A stretch of 64,000 bases of DNA, taken from positions 10,981 through 74,980 of the forward strand of contig CAWFKH010000001.1 in assembly GCA_963816355.1 (NCBI GenBank), written 5' to 3'. Below, in pieces: positions 1-9,661 of this stretch; the stretch's first letter is position 1, and each line of letters opens with the position of its first letter. Under the pieces are notes generated by a model that saw only the letters and a list, made by a program, of their open reading frames with translations, was not told the DNA's origin and searched no databases. A program made the translations under genes and the position numbers. The DNA comes from an uncultured Gemmatimonadales bacterium (GTDB lineage: Bacteria > Gemmatimonadota > Gemmatimonadetes > Longimicrobiales > RSA9).

Positions 1-823
1 TGTTGAAGTCGTGCGCGACGCCGCCCGCGAGTCGACCCACGGCCTCGATCCGATCCGAGTGCCGGACGCGCTCCTCCAGCTTCCGTTGCTCGGTGATGTC
101 GCGCAGCATGTGGACGTGCCGGTCGGCGCTGAAGCCGGTCGAGCGCACCTCGACGAGGCGCTCCACGCCGTCGTCGAAGCGAAGCGCGACTTCGCGCGGC
201 GAATCCGTCGCCTCGGCCGGCGCCTGGTCGGCGGCCGGCGCGGTCGGCAGCAGATCGCGGAGCGGCCGCCCCAGGACGGCGGACTCGACCCGTCTCAGGA
301 TCTCGAGCCCGGCTCGATTGCACCGTTGCGCGACGCCGTCCGGCCCCGTCACCAGGACTCCGTCGGCGACGGCGTCAAAGAGTCGTCGGAGCTGCTCTTC
401 GCTCTGCTGCAGCGCCGTCTCGGCGATGCGGCGGCTTCTGCGTTCGGCCGCCTTCTCAAGGGTCTTGAACAAGGTCTCCGGCTCGACCGGCTTCAGGAGA
501 TAGTCGAAGCTCTGCTCGCGAAGGGCGCGGATCGCGCTGTCGACGGTCGCGTTGCCGGTGAGGATGACCACTTCCGTCTGGCGCGATGCGGCGCGCAGCA
601 TGGCGACGAGCTCCATGCCGTCCATGTCCGGGAGGCGCAGGTCGACGAGCGCGATGAGCGGCGGATCGCCGAGATGGCTCGCGACTTCGATCCCTTCCCG
701 CCCCGACGTCGCGGTCCGAGCGCGGTAGCCGCGCAGGCGCAGGATGTCGGTGAGCGTTCTCAGCAGCGCGCTGTCGTCGTCGACGATGAGGACGTCGAGC
801 TGTCCGAGCGCGTCAGTCGACAT
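1..823 (-). CDS. Hybrid receiver (REC) - PAS - histidine kinase; 3' part lies beyond the left window edge
   Basis: My own translation of the minus strand from ATG 823..821: [33 protein letters not shown]...[14 protein letters not shown] (receiver), a PAS-like middle, then [17 protein letters not shown] (H-box) at the window edge. It is absent from the ORF track because no stop is reached. The ATG overlaps the upstream stop by 11 nt. Confidence 0.8.
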   Translation of the reverse strand, partial: MSTDALGQLDVLIVDDDSALLRTLTDILRLRGYRARTATSGREGIEVASHLGDPPLIALVDLRLPDMDGMELVAMLRAASRQTEVVILTGNATVDSAIRALREQSFDYLLKPVEPETLFKTLEKAAERRSRRIAETALQQSEEQLRRLFDAVADGVLVTGPDGVAQRCNRAGLEILRRVESAVLGRPLRDLLPTAPAADQAPAEATDSPREVALRFDDGVERLVEVRSTGFSADRHVHMLRDITEQRKLEERVRHSDRIEAVGRLAGGVAHDFN

Positions 824-1538
824 GGGCGGCATCGATCATCTCCAGCAGGCGGTCGGGCGCGAACGGCTTCTCCAGTTTGCCGTGGATCCAGTCCGGCGGG
901 AGCGCGGTCGCGGTCTCCCGCAGCAGCACCGGGTGGCCGCTGTAGAGGATGAGCACGACGGACGGGTCGACGCTCCGGATGGCGAGGATCCCGCGCCGCG
1001 GATCGAGGCCGTCCAGCCGAAGGTCGAGCACCACGATCGCCGGCGCCGCCCGCTCCATCTTCTGCACCGCATCGCGGATGTCGGTCGCCTGAAGGACGGG
1101 GTGGCCGCGGCGCCGCACGATGTCGGCGAGCGTCGAAAGGAACTGCGGGTCGTCGTCCACCACCAGGATCGGCCGCGGATCGGGACCGACCTCCTCCAGC
1201 AGCTTCAGCAGCTGCGGAATCGCGACCGGCTTCGGCAGGACGCGAAGCACGCCGCACCGCTCCGCCTCCGCCAGCAGCTCGGCCGCCGTGTAGGCGGTCA
1301 TCAGGATCACGCGGATGCCCGGGCGCAGCTCGCGCATCCGCTTCAGCGCCTCCACGCCGTTGATCCCGCCCATCTTGATGTCCATCAGCACGACGGAGAA
1401 ATCCGAGGCCCGCACCGCCTCGAGCGCCGCCTCGCCGCTGTGCACCCCCTCGCTCTCCCAGCCCCGCAGCCGCAGCAGGTCGCACAGCGTTCGAACCATC
1501 TGCCGGTCGTCGTCCACCACGAGGATGCGCCCGCTCAT
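813..1538 (-). CDS. Response regulator with two tandem receiver domains and no output domain
   Basis: Track ORF of 241 aa. First REC: [11 protein letters not shown]...[17 protein letters not shown]...LPKP. Second REC: [11 protein letters not shown]...[15 protein letters not shown] start/stop overlap with the upstream kinase gene at 1535-1538. Confidence 0.85.
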   Translation of the reverse strand: MSGRILVVDDDRQMVRTLCDLLRLRGWESEGVHSGEAALEAVRASDFSVVLMDIKMGGINGVEALKRMRELRPGIRVILMTAYTAAELLAEAERCGVLRVLPKPVAIPQLLKLLEEVGPDPRPILVVDDDPQFLSTLADIVRRRGHPVLQATDIRDAVQKMERAAPAIVVLDLRLDGLDPRRGILAIRSVDPSVVLILYSGHPVLLRETATALPPDWIHGKLEKPFAPDRLLEMIDAAHVD

Positions 1539-3403
1539 GCGTCCGCCTTGCCGTGCGCGGGCATCCGGAGCCGGAACTCCGCGCCCGCTCCGCCTTCGCC
1601 TGTCGCCACCGTCAGCTCACCGTCGTTCGCGCGGATCAGCCGCCGTGACACGGCGAGGCCGAGGCCGATGCCGCGTGCCTTCGTCGTGTAGAGTGGCTCG
1701 AAGATCCGATCCGCGTCCTCCGGCGCGACCCCCGGGCCGGTGTCGGCGACGCGGAGCTCGATCGCCTCGTCGCTGACGCGCTCGGCCGAGAGGCGGAGCG
1801 TACCCTCGCCGTCCATCGCCTGGACCGCGTTCGTCAGAAGGTTCAGCACGACCTGGCCGACCTGCACCGGATCGACCAGGACCGCCGGCAGGTCGTCCGG
1901 AAAGCTGCGTTCCACCCGTATGCCGTCGTGAACGCCCAGGGGATCGAGCTGCGAGTCGACGAGCGCTTCCACCGCGATCGCTCGCCGCTCCGGATCCCGG
2001 ACCCGCGCGAAGTCCAGCAGATCCGACACGATCCGGCCCGAGAGGGTCACCTGCGTGCGCAGGATGTCCAGATATTCGCGGACGTCCGAGGGTACGTCGG
2101 TCAGCCGGGCGTCCAGATAGTAGAGCGCGTTCGTCATCACGCCGAGCGGGTTGCGCAGCTCGTGTCCCACGCCGCTCGCAAGCTGGCCGATGATCGCGAG
2201 CTTCTCGTTCGCCACGAGCTGGTCCTGCGTCGACTCCAGCTCGCGCAGCGCCCTCTCCAGCTCTCGCGTCCGATGGCGGACCTGCTCCTCGAGTCCCCGC
2301 TGCGAGGCCTCGACCTTCTCCGCCATCCGGTTGAACGCCCGCCCCAGCACCGCGACCTCGTCCCCACCGCGCACCGGCACCCGCTCCGAGTAGTCCATGC
2401 GGCTGATCCCTTCCGCCGCGCTCGTCAACGCCGTCAGCGGCCGCGTCATCCGACCGGCCGAGACGAACGCCGCGACGACGCCCGCGAGCAGCACCAGAAG
2501 GGCCACCAGCGACAGGCGCCCGAGCGTCGCACGGGCCGGGGCCAGCGCCGCCGCCCTCGGCATTCCGGTCCACACCGCCCACGGCGTGCCGGGGACCGCT
2601 TCGATCGCGGCGAGGGCTGTCGTCGTCGCGGCCGCATCGGCGCCGGCCGCCGCGGCCTCGAGCTCGGCCGCTCCGGGGCCCGGGACCCGTTTCGTGAGGT
2701 CCGTCCACACGCCGCCGTCCCGGTTGCCCAGCCGCAGATACATGTCGGCGCCCAGCAGTTGACCCAGGCGACGTGCGCCCTCGACCGTCGACAGCCGGCG
2801 CGACGCGATCAGCCGCGCCCCGGACGCGGAGTCCCCGACCGGAACGACCACCGTGTATCGGGCACCGCTCTCGTCCGCTTCGATCGGCCCGATCCCCGGC
2901 ACGACGCTCGACGCGCGCCGGGCCGCGGCGCCGGCGCCCGCGGCCGCCGCGGCCCCGCCACCCGCGGCCGCCGCGGCCCGCCCACCCTCGATCGCCGCCG
3001 AGTCGCTCGACCCCGCCGCCGCGCCCGCCAGCTCCAGCGGCGGCGCGCCCGGCGTCTCGAGACGGAGGCCCACGACGAGCGCGCCCCCCCGCGCCGCGGC
3101 CTCGAGCGCGCTGCGGGCCGCCGCCCGCGCGGCCGCATCATCGGCGGCGGCGCCGCTCGCGTACGCGACGATCGCCGCCTCCCGCGCGACGCGACGCGTC
3201 TCGTCCCGGACGCCGACCACACCGGTCTCCAGCAGCCCCGAGATCTGCTGGGCGACGGCGCGGGAGCGGGCTACCGCCGTCTGCGTCAGCACCCGCGTCA
3301 GCTCCCGATACGCCATCCAGGAGAACGCCGCGAGCACAGCCAGGAGCAGCGTCGCGATCAGCACCGCGAGGCGCCGTCGCAGCTTCCAGTTCGAAGGTCC
3401 CAT
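1535..3403 (-). CDS. Membrane sensor histidine kinase (periplasmic loop, HAMP-like linker, HisKA, HATPase)
   Basis: Track ORF 1535..3511. I prefer the internal ATG at 3403 (MGPSNWKLRRRLAVLIATLLLAV, an N-terminal TM helix), but the start is uncertain. H-box GVGHELRNPLG; ATPase boxes NLLTNAVQA, DTGPGV, GIGLGL. Confidence 0.8.
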   Translation of the reverse strand: MGPSNWKLRRRLAVLIATLLLAVLAAFSWMAYRELTRVLTQTAVARSRAVAQQISGLLETGVVGVRDETRRVAREAAIVAYASGAAADDAAARAAARSALEAAARGGALVVGLRLETPGAPPLELAGAAAGSSDSAAIEGGRAAAAAGGGAAAAAGAGAAARRASSVVPGIGPIEADESGARYTVVVPVGDSASGARLIASRRLSTVEGARRLGQLLGADMYLRLGNRDGGVWTDLTKRVPGPGAAELEAAAAGADAAATTTALAAIEAVPGTPWAVWTGMPRAAALAPARATLGRLSLVALLVLLAGVVAAFVSAGRMTRPLTALTSAAEGISRMDYSERVPVRGGDEVAVLGRAFNRMAEKVEASQRGLEEQVRHRTRELERALRELESTQDQLVANEKLAIIGQLASGVGHELRNPLGVMTNALYYLDARLTDVPSDVREYLDILRTQVTLSGRIVSDLLDFARVRDPERRAIAVEALVDSQLDPLGVHDGIRVERSFPDDLPAVLVDPVQVGQVVLNLLTNAVQAMDGEGTLRLSAERVSDEAIELRVADTGPGVAPEDADRIFEPLYTTKARGIGLGLAVSRRLIRANDGELTVATGEGGAGAEFRLRMPAHGKADA

Positions 3404-3623
3404 CGTGTCGGGATTGGCGTGACGGCATCCCGGGACGGGATGCATCGTCCTCGGGGAGACCGGGCGGTGGGGAGGAGGGTACCGCGCGAGGCCGTGGGCG
3501 CCGCTGCCCACACAGCCATTCTCCCGCGCCTGGCGCCCGCTGTCAAGGTTTTCCCCACCGCCACCATGTGCGCGGGATCCGCCGATGACGCCGCCACGAC
3601 GAGGCCCCGGGATGCCGGTGGCG

Positions 3624-5897
3624 TCAGTTCACGGGCCGCTGCGTCCCCATGATCCGGTACACGATGTCCTGGGGGAACTCCGGCGGGAAGTTCGTGCCGG
3701 TCATCGCGTCGGTGAGCGTGCAGCTGCCCGGCCCGCTCGGGCACATGATCGTGCCGGTCTGCATGAGATGGATGTCCGGGTACTGGCCGCCGGCGAAAGT
3801 GCCGGTCCCGGTCGCCGTGAACGCGCCGGTCGCGGGATCGAACATGCCGGTGAGCGGCACCCACGGCGACGGGCCGGTGACGGTGATCTGGTCGCCGGCC
3901 ACCACGATGTCGAGCGTCTGCACCGTCGGCATGCCGATGAAGGGCTCGTGGTTGCTGGGATCACTCTGCACCGTGATCTGCACGTCGTACGTCCCGTTCT
4001 GCGGCGGCGGAGCGCACGCGTTGCCCGGCGCGCCGGGGGTGAAGCTGCCCGCGTGGGCGGCGGCGGGCACGATGCCATCCGCGCCCGCAGCGCCCGCGGC
4101 GCCCGGACCCTTGCCGTCGCCGCCGTTCCCGCCGTTGCCCACGGCGCTCACCGTCTGAGCGCCATCGGCGCCCGCCGGAGCGCCGCCGCCGCCGCTGCCC
4201 GGACCGCCGCTCGCGCTCGCGCCCTTGCCGCCGTCGCCGCCCGGGTCGTCGGGGCAGCGCGGCGCGCCGTTGCCGCCGGTGCCGCTCTCGAACACCGCGT
4301 CGCCGCCCGCGCCGCCCGCGCCGATGAGGGCGTCGTTCTGGTCGCGCAGGTCGGCCGTGCCGCCGTCGCCGCCGTGCGCCGCGATCGCGCCCGCGGCCGC
4401 GCCCGGCGGGTGCGCGTCGTCGCCGTCGCCGCCGTTCCCGACGTGCGCCGTCGCCTTGCCGCCGGCGCCCGCGTCGCCGCCCTGCACGCTCACGCCGGCG
4501 AGCCCGGTGACGGCGCCGCTCGAGGCGAGCTGCTTGTCCGGCGTGCCGCCGCCCGCGCCCGCCGTCGCGGTCGCGTCGCCGCCGCCCTGCGCGGCGTCGC
4601 CCCGCGCGGCGGCGTCGACGCCGTCGGCGCCCGTCGCCGTGGCGGCACCGCCCGCGCCGCCGTGGCCCACGCGCAGCGTGAGCGAGCCGGCGTCGATCGA
4701 GATCGAGCCGTTGGCGCGTACCTCGATGAGGCCGGGCCGGCCGCCATCGCCGCCGGTCGCCGCGGCCGGGGGCGCCTTCGCGGCCGTCGCATCGCTCGTC
4801 GCCGTGGCGACCGCGCTGCCGCCGTCGCCGCCGTCGCCGGACGCGATGCTGTTGCCGCCGCCGGAGAAGCTGATGTCGCCGGTCGCGCGGACGCGGATGC
4901 GGCCGCCGTCGCCGCCGTCGCCCCCCTTCGCCTGGGCGGACGAGGCGCTGGTGTGGCTGCCGTCGCCGCCGTTGCCGCCGCCCTGCCCGACGACCGCGAC
5001 GGCGCCCTGCACGTCCAGGCTGCCGCGGCACGACAGCGTCCACGTGCGGCCGTCCTTGCCGGCCGTGCCGTCCTGGCCGTCCGATCCGTCGCGCGGCGGG
5101 TCCGCCATGAACGAGCGACCCGCCACGATGCAGAGCGCGCCGTTCGCCTGCGGCTCGATCCCCGCCGCGAAGATCGGCGCGCCCGCGACCGTCGGGAAGT
5201 CGGCGTCGCCCAGCGTCGGGTCGTTCTGGATCTCGACGTCCCCCGAGCTGGCGAGCGTGCCGGCGCCGAGCGTGAGGTTGCCGTCGCCGACGATCTTCAG
5301 CTCCGGCGGGCTGTCGCCCGCGTCGCCGCTGCACGCGTTGCTCACGTCGCCGGCGATCGTCACGTCGCCTTCGCCGACCAGCGACAGCTCGACGCAGTCG
5401 CCCTTCAGGTCGCCCTCGATGTCGATCGGCCCGCTCGAGCTCAGCGTCGCCTGGCCGGTGACGGTCACCGTCACGCCCGCGGGGATCGTGATGCTGGCGT
5501 AGCTCTTCGACCCCTCGACGTTCGTGTCCGCCGTGGGATTGAAGGCGACGGGCGCGACCGTGACCTCGGCGCTGCCGCTCTTGCCGCCCGCGGTCGCGGT
5601 GATCGTCGCCGTGCCCGGGCCCACCGCCGTTGCCAGGCCGGCCGCGTCCACCGACGCGATCGCGGCCGCGCTCGACGACCACGTCACGGTGCGGCCGGTG
5701 AGCGTGTTGCCCGCCTCGTCACGCACCGTCGCCGTGAGCTGCTGCGTATCGCCGACGCCCAGGCTCGCGGTCGCCGGCGTGACCTCCACGCTGCCGACCG
5801 GGGGCGGGCCCGACGGCCCGGAATCGCCGCCGCACGCGGCGGTCGCGAACAGCGCCGTCGCCAGCGCCGTCGCTCGGATGGAGCATCTTCCAATCAT
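3624..5897 (-). CDS. Lipoprotein with a Big_2 Ig-like domain followed by a long Gly/Asp-rich (GGDGG, GNGGDG) repeat region
   Basis: Track ORF of 757 aa. Lipobox ALFATAAC-GG. Big_2-like block VEVTPATASLGVGDTQQLTATVRDEAGNTL...VTWSSS...ATITATAGGKSGSAEVTV. This is followed by about 450 aa of GGDGG/GGAGG/GNGG repeats and a non-repetitive C-terminus. Confidence 0.75.
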   Translation of the reverse strand: MIGRCSIRATALATALFATAACGGDSGPSGPPPVGSVEVTPATASLGVGDTQQLTATVRDEAGNTLTGRTVTWSSSAAAIASVDAAGLATAVGPGTATITATAGGKSGSAEVTVAPVAFNPTADTNVEGSKSYASITIPAGVTVTVTGQATLSSSGPIDIEGDLKGDCVELSLVGEGDVTIAGDVSNACSGDAGDSPPELKIVGDGNLTLGAGTLASSGDVEIQNDPTLGDADFPTVAGAPIFAAGIEPQANGALCIVAGRSFMADPPRDGSDGQDGTAGKDGRTWTLSCRGSLDVQGAVAVVGQGGGNGGDGSHTSASSAQAKGGDGGDGGRIRVRATGDISFSGGGNSIASGDGGDGGSAVATATSDATAAKAPPAAATGGDGGRPGLIEVRANGSISIDAGSLTLRVGHGGAGGAATATGADGVDAAARGDAAQGGGDATATAGAGGGTPDKQLASSGAVTGLAGVSVQGGDAGAGGKATAHVGNGGDGDDAHPPGAAAGAIAAHGGDGGTADLRDQNDALIGAGGAGGDAVFESGTGGNGAPRCPDDPGGDGGKGASASGGPGSGGGGAPAGADGAQTVSAVGNGGNGGDGKGPGAAGAAGADGIVPAAAHAGSFTPGAPGNACAPPPQNGTYDVQITVQSDPSNHEPFIGMPTVQTLDIVVAGDQITVTGPSPWVPLTGMFDPATGAFTATGTGTFAGGQYPDIHLMQTGTIMCPSGPGSCTLTDAMTGTNFPPEFPQDIVYRIMGTQRPVN

Positions 5898-6278
5898 GGG
5901 AGTCCCTTTCCCGGGGAGAGGGTTCGGCGGCTCTCATGCTGAACCGCGGTCCGGCTGCTGCGGGATTGTCGAGCGTGCGGACGCGAGTCGCGGCCGCGCG
6001 AGACCTGCGTGATGCGCGCCGGCGAAGCCGACGTCTGGCGGAGCGCGGAGTTGGGCCCCTTGAAGCAGGGCCATTGTGCTCCCGCCCCCTTCGCCCTGTC
6101 AAGCGGGCCGGGCCGAGCGGAGCGGGGCCCGGGACGAAGGCACCGCTTCCGCGATCCGACGCTTCCCCCTACCTTTCCTTGTCAGCGAGTCGGTCGCCCC
6201 GCCCGAGCACCGACCGGAGCACCGTCGCTCGCCGACCGCCGCCGGTCCCCCGTCCGGCGCGGGTCTGGAGAACCCACC

Positions 6279-8399
6279 GTGCATCGACGCTTCACCCTCG
6301 CCCTTGGCATCGCCGCCGCGGCCGCCGCGGCCGCGCTGTCGGTCGCCACGCCCGTCGACCGCGTCGACGACGCCGCCGCCGAGACGGTCGCTGCCGACAC
6401 GGGCGGCCTCGCGCCCTACCTGGACGCCGCCGCCTCCCCCTTCGACAGCGCCGGAATCGGGTTCCTCGCCCGCGGCATCGCGCTGCGCGCCCGCGGCGAG
6501 GCCGCCGCCGCGGCCGCCGCCTTCGACTCCGCCGGCCGCAGGCTGCCCGGCCTGCGCGACTGGGCCGCGTTCCTCGCCGCCGAGGCCGCGGCCGACGCCG
6601 GCGATGTGGCGGGCGTGCACGCCGCACTCGCCGCGACCGAGCCCGGCCTCGCCGCGGCGCGCGGCTGGGAGGTGCTGGTGCGGGCGCAGCGCCGCGCCCG
6701 CGACCCGGTCGGCGCCCGCGCCACCGCCGAGCGCGCCGCCCTCCTGGCGCGCGACCCCGTGCGCCACGCCGCCGCGCTGCTGCGCACCGCGAGCCTCGCG
6801 CTCGTCCTCGGCGACACCGCCTCCGCAACCGCCTCGCTGCGGCTCGCAATGCGTCTGGCGCCGCGCGCGGGCGAGGGCGCCGAGGCGGCGCGCGCGCTGG
6901 CCGGGCTGCGCTCCGCGACGGCCGATGACGGCCTCCGCATCGCGCGGCTCTACCTCGCCAACGGCAATCGCAGGCGCGGCATCGAGGGGCTCCTCGCCTA
7001 CCTCGACCGGCCCGGCCGCGACCCGGTCGAGCGCCAGCGTGCCCGGCTCGACCTGGCCGACGCCCGCCTCGCCGACGGCGACTACCGCCGCGCCGTCAAG
7101 GGCGCCCTCGCGGTCGCCGCCGGGCCCGCATCCCCCGCCCTCGGCGCCCGTGCGCTCGTCCTCGCCGGACGCGCCCGCTACCGCCACGGCCAGGCCACCG
7201 CGGCACGGGCCGTGTTCCGCGACGCCGCGCGCCGCTTCCCGCGCGAGCCCGCGACCGCCGAAGCCCTCTTCTTTCTCGGGGACTTCGCGCACGACGCCGG
7301 CCGCATCGACGAGGCGCGCGGCCTCTACGACCGCACGATCGCCGTCGACTCGACGAGCGACGTCGCAGGCGAGGCCGCGATGCGCCTGGGCGGCCTCGCG
7401 CTCGTGAGCGGCGACGCGGCGCGCGCCGCGCGCGCCTTCGACGCCTGCCGCCGCACGCACCGCACCGGCGACTACTACGCGCGCGCCAGCTACTGGGCCG
7501 GACGCGCCTACCTGCGCGCGGACGACACGGCGCGCGCCGCCGACCGCTTCCGTGAAGCGCTTCGCGCCGACCCGATCTCGTTCCACGCGATGCGCGCCGC
7601 CGACCACCTGCCGGACGTCGAGTGGCGCTCCGCGCTCGCGCCGGCGCCCGCCACCGCGCCCGGCGTGGGGCCGCACGTGGTGGCGGGGCTGCGCCGGCTC
7701 GACGTGCTGCGCGCGCTCGGCCTGGACGACGGCGCCCGCCTCGAGATCGCGCGCCTGCGCACCCACCTCGCCGGCCGCGAGGGCGGCGCCTACGCCCTCG
7801 CCGAAGCGCTGCGCGACCGCGGCGAGATCGCGCTCGCCGTCCGCCTCGGCCGCGACATCCGGCGCGATCGCGACGCCTGGGACGAGCGGCTGCTGCGCAT
7901 CGTCTACCCCTTCCCGCTCCGCTCGACCGTGGTGGCGGAAGCGCGCCGGCACGGCCTCGACCCCGCGCTCGTCGCCGGCCTGATCCGGCAGGAATCGCTC
8001 TTCAACCCGCGCGCGGTCAGCTCGGCCGGCGCGGTCGGCCTCATGCAGATCCTGCCGAGCACCGGCCGCGCCCTGGCGCGCAGCGAGGGGATCCGCCCCT
8101 TCTCGCGGTCGATGCTGCGCGAGCCGGACGTCAACATCCGCCTCGGCACCCGCTTCGTCGCCGACCTTCTGGGCAGCTACGGCGGCAGCCTCGCCGAGAT
8201 GCTCTCCGCCTACAACGCCGGCAGCGGCCGCCTCGACCGCTGGCGCGCCCAGCCGGAGCACGACGACGCGGAGCTCTTCGTCGAGCGCATCCCCTTCCCC
8301 GAGACGCGTGAATACGTCCGCACCGTGCAGCAGAACGCCCGCATCTACGCCGCCATCTATCCCGACGACGACGAGGACGCCGCGAGCGCTCTCCGCTGA
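6279..8399 (+). CDS. slt: Soluble lytic murein transglycosylase (Slt70-like)
   Basis: Same frame as track ORF 6009..8399. GTG at 6279, preceded by GGAG (6267-6270), gives the signal peptide VHRRFTLALGIAAAAAAAALSVA. The C-terminal SLT domain shows LIRQESLFNPRAVSSAGAVGLMQI and AYNAGSGRL. The N-terminal region is long and helical-repeat-like. Confidence 0.85.
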   Translation: MHRRFTLALGIAAAAAAAALSVATPVDRVDDAAAETVAADTGGLAPYLDAAASPFDSAGIGFLARGIALRARGEAAAAAAAFDSAGRRLPGLRDWAAFLAAEAAADAGDVAGVHAALAATEPGLAAARGWEVLVRAQRRARDPVGARATAERAALLARDPVRHAAALLRTASLALVLGDTASATASLRLAMRLAPRAGEGAEAARALAGLRSATADDGLRIARLYLANGNRRRGIEGLLAYLDRPGRDPVERQRARLDLADARLADGDYRRAVKGALAVAAGPASPALGARALVLAGRARYRHGQATAARAVFRDAARRFPREPATAEALFFLGDFAHDAGRIDEARGLYDRTIAVDSTSDVAGEAAMRLGGLALVSGDAARAARAFDACRRTHRTGDYYARASYWAGRAYLRADDTARAADRFREALRADPISFHAMRAADHLPDVEWRSALAPAPATAPGVGPHVVAGLRRLDVLRALGLDDGARLEIARLRTHLAGREGGAYALAEALRDRGEIALAVRLGRDIRRDRDAWDERLLRIVYPFPLRSTVVAEARRHGLDPALVAGLIRQESLFNPRAVSSAGAVGLMQILPSTGRALARSEGIRPFSRSMLREPDVNIRLGTRFVADLLGSYGGSLAEMLSAYNAGSGRLDRWRAQPEHDDAELFVERIPFPETREYVRTVQQNARIYAAIYPDDDEDAASALR

Positions 8400-8517
8400 C
8401 GTCGCCCCCCCGCCGCCGGGTTTGTCTCGCGGCCCCGCTTGCCCCATCGTGACACGTTCCAGACCGCCGGCCGCGCCCCGGCCCGGCGAAGCGTGACCGG
8501 CCGTGGAAGGAGCCGCG

Positions 8518-9636
8518 ATGGAACTGCTCGACTACGGGTTCTTCGGGAACCCGCTCAGTGCCTGGGGAACCGCGATCCTGCTCGCGCTCCTCGCCTACCT
8601 CTTCCTCGCGGGACTCCGCCGCCTGCTCATGCGCGGGCTCGCCCGCTTCGCGAAGTGGACCACCGGCTCCTACGACGACCTGATCGTAGAGCTGATCGAC
8701 CGCACCCGCTTCTTCTTCCTCGCCGCCCTCGCCGTCTACGCCGCCACCCGGTTCCTCGTCCTCGGATCCGGCGCCACGCAGGTGCTCCGCGTCGCCGTCG
8801 TCGTCGCCGTCGTGCTGCAGGCCGGCGCCTGGGGCAACCGCGTCATCGCCTTCTTCATCGGCGTCCACCTCACCTCGATCGGCGACGACCCCGCCGCCGA
8901 GACGACCCTCTCCGCCCTCGGCTTCATCGGGCGTCTCCTGCTGTGGAGCGTCCTCGTCCTGCTCGCCCTCAGCAACCTCGGCGTCGACATCACCGCGCTG
9001 GTCGCCGGCATGGGCGTGGGCGGCGTGGCGATCGCGCTCGCCGTGCAGAAGATCCTCGGCGACCTGTTCGCCTCCCTCTCGATCGTGCTCGACAAGCCGT
9101 TCGTCCTGGGCGACTTCATACTCGTCGACGACCTGATGGGGACGGTCGAGCACATCGGCCTCAAGACGACGCGCCTGCGCAGCCTCGGCGGTGAGCAGCT
9201 CGTCTTCGGCAACACCGACCTCCTGTCGAGCCGCATCCGCAACTACAAGCGGATGAACGAGCGACGCATCCTCTTTTCCTTCGGCGTGGTCTACCAGACG
9301 CCGCGCGACACGCTCGAGCGCATTCCGGGGATGGTGAAGGAGATCGTCGAAGGGATCGAGCAGACGCGTCTCGACCGCGTCCACTTCAAGGCGTTCGGCG
9401 CGTCGTCGCTCGATTTCGAGGTCGTCTACTACATGCTCGTCCCGGACTACAACGCGTACATGGACGTGCAGCAGCGCATCAACCTCGCGCTCTTCAGCCG
9501 CTTCGAAGAGGAAGGGATCGAGTTCGCCTACCCCACGCAGACGCTCTTCGTCGAGCGCACGGGGGAGCCCGCCGCGGCACCGAACGGCGACGGCGGCACC
9601 CCGCCCGCGCACGCCGGCGCGCGCAGCGAGCGCTGA
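8518..9636 (+). CDS. Small-conductance mechanosensitive channel (MscS family)
   Basis: Track ORF 8503..9636. ATG at 8518 has AAGGAG 5 nt upstream. There are TM helices, then the MscS core GMGVGGVAIALAVQKILGDLFASLSIVLDKPFVLGDFI...GTVEHIGLKTTRLRS. Confidence 0.9.
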   Translation: MELLDYGFFGNPLSAWGTAILLALLAYLFLAGLRRLLMRGLARFAKWTTGSYDDLIVELIDRTRFFFLAALAVYAATRFLVLGSGATQVLRVAVVVAVVLQAGAWGNRVIAFFIGVHLTSIGDDPAAETTLSALGFIGRLLLWSVLVLLALSNLGVDITALVAGMGVGGVAIALAVQKILGDLFASLSIVLDKPFVLGDFILVDDLMGTVEHIGLKTTRLRSLGGEQLVFGNTDLLSSRIRNYKRMNERRILFSFGVVYQTPRDTLERIPGMVKEIVEGIEQTRLDRVHFKAFGASSLDFEVVYYMLVPDYNAYMDVQQRINLALFSRFEEEGIEFAYPTQTLFVERTGEPAAAPNGDGGTPPAHAGARSER

Positions 9637-9661
9637 GCCGCGCCGCCGCGAGCCACCGCCC

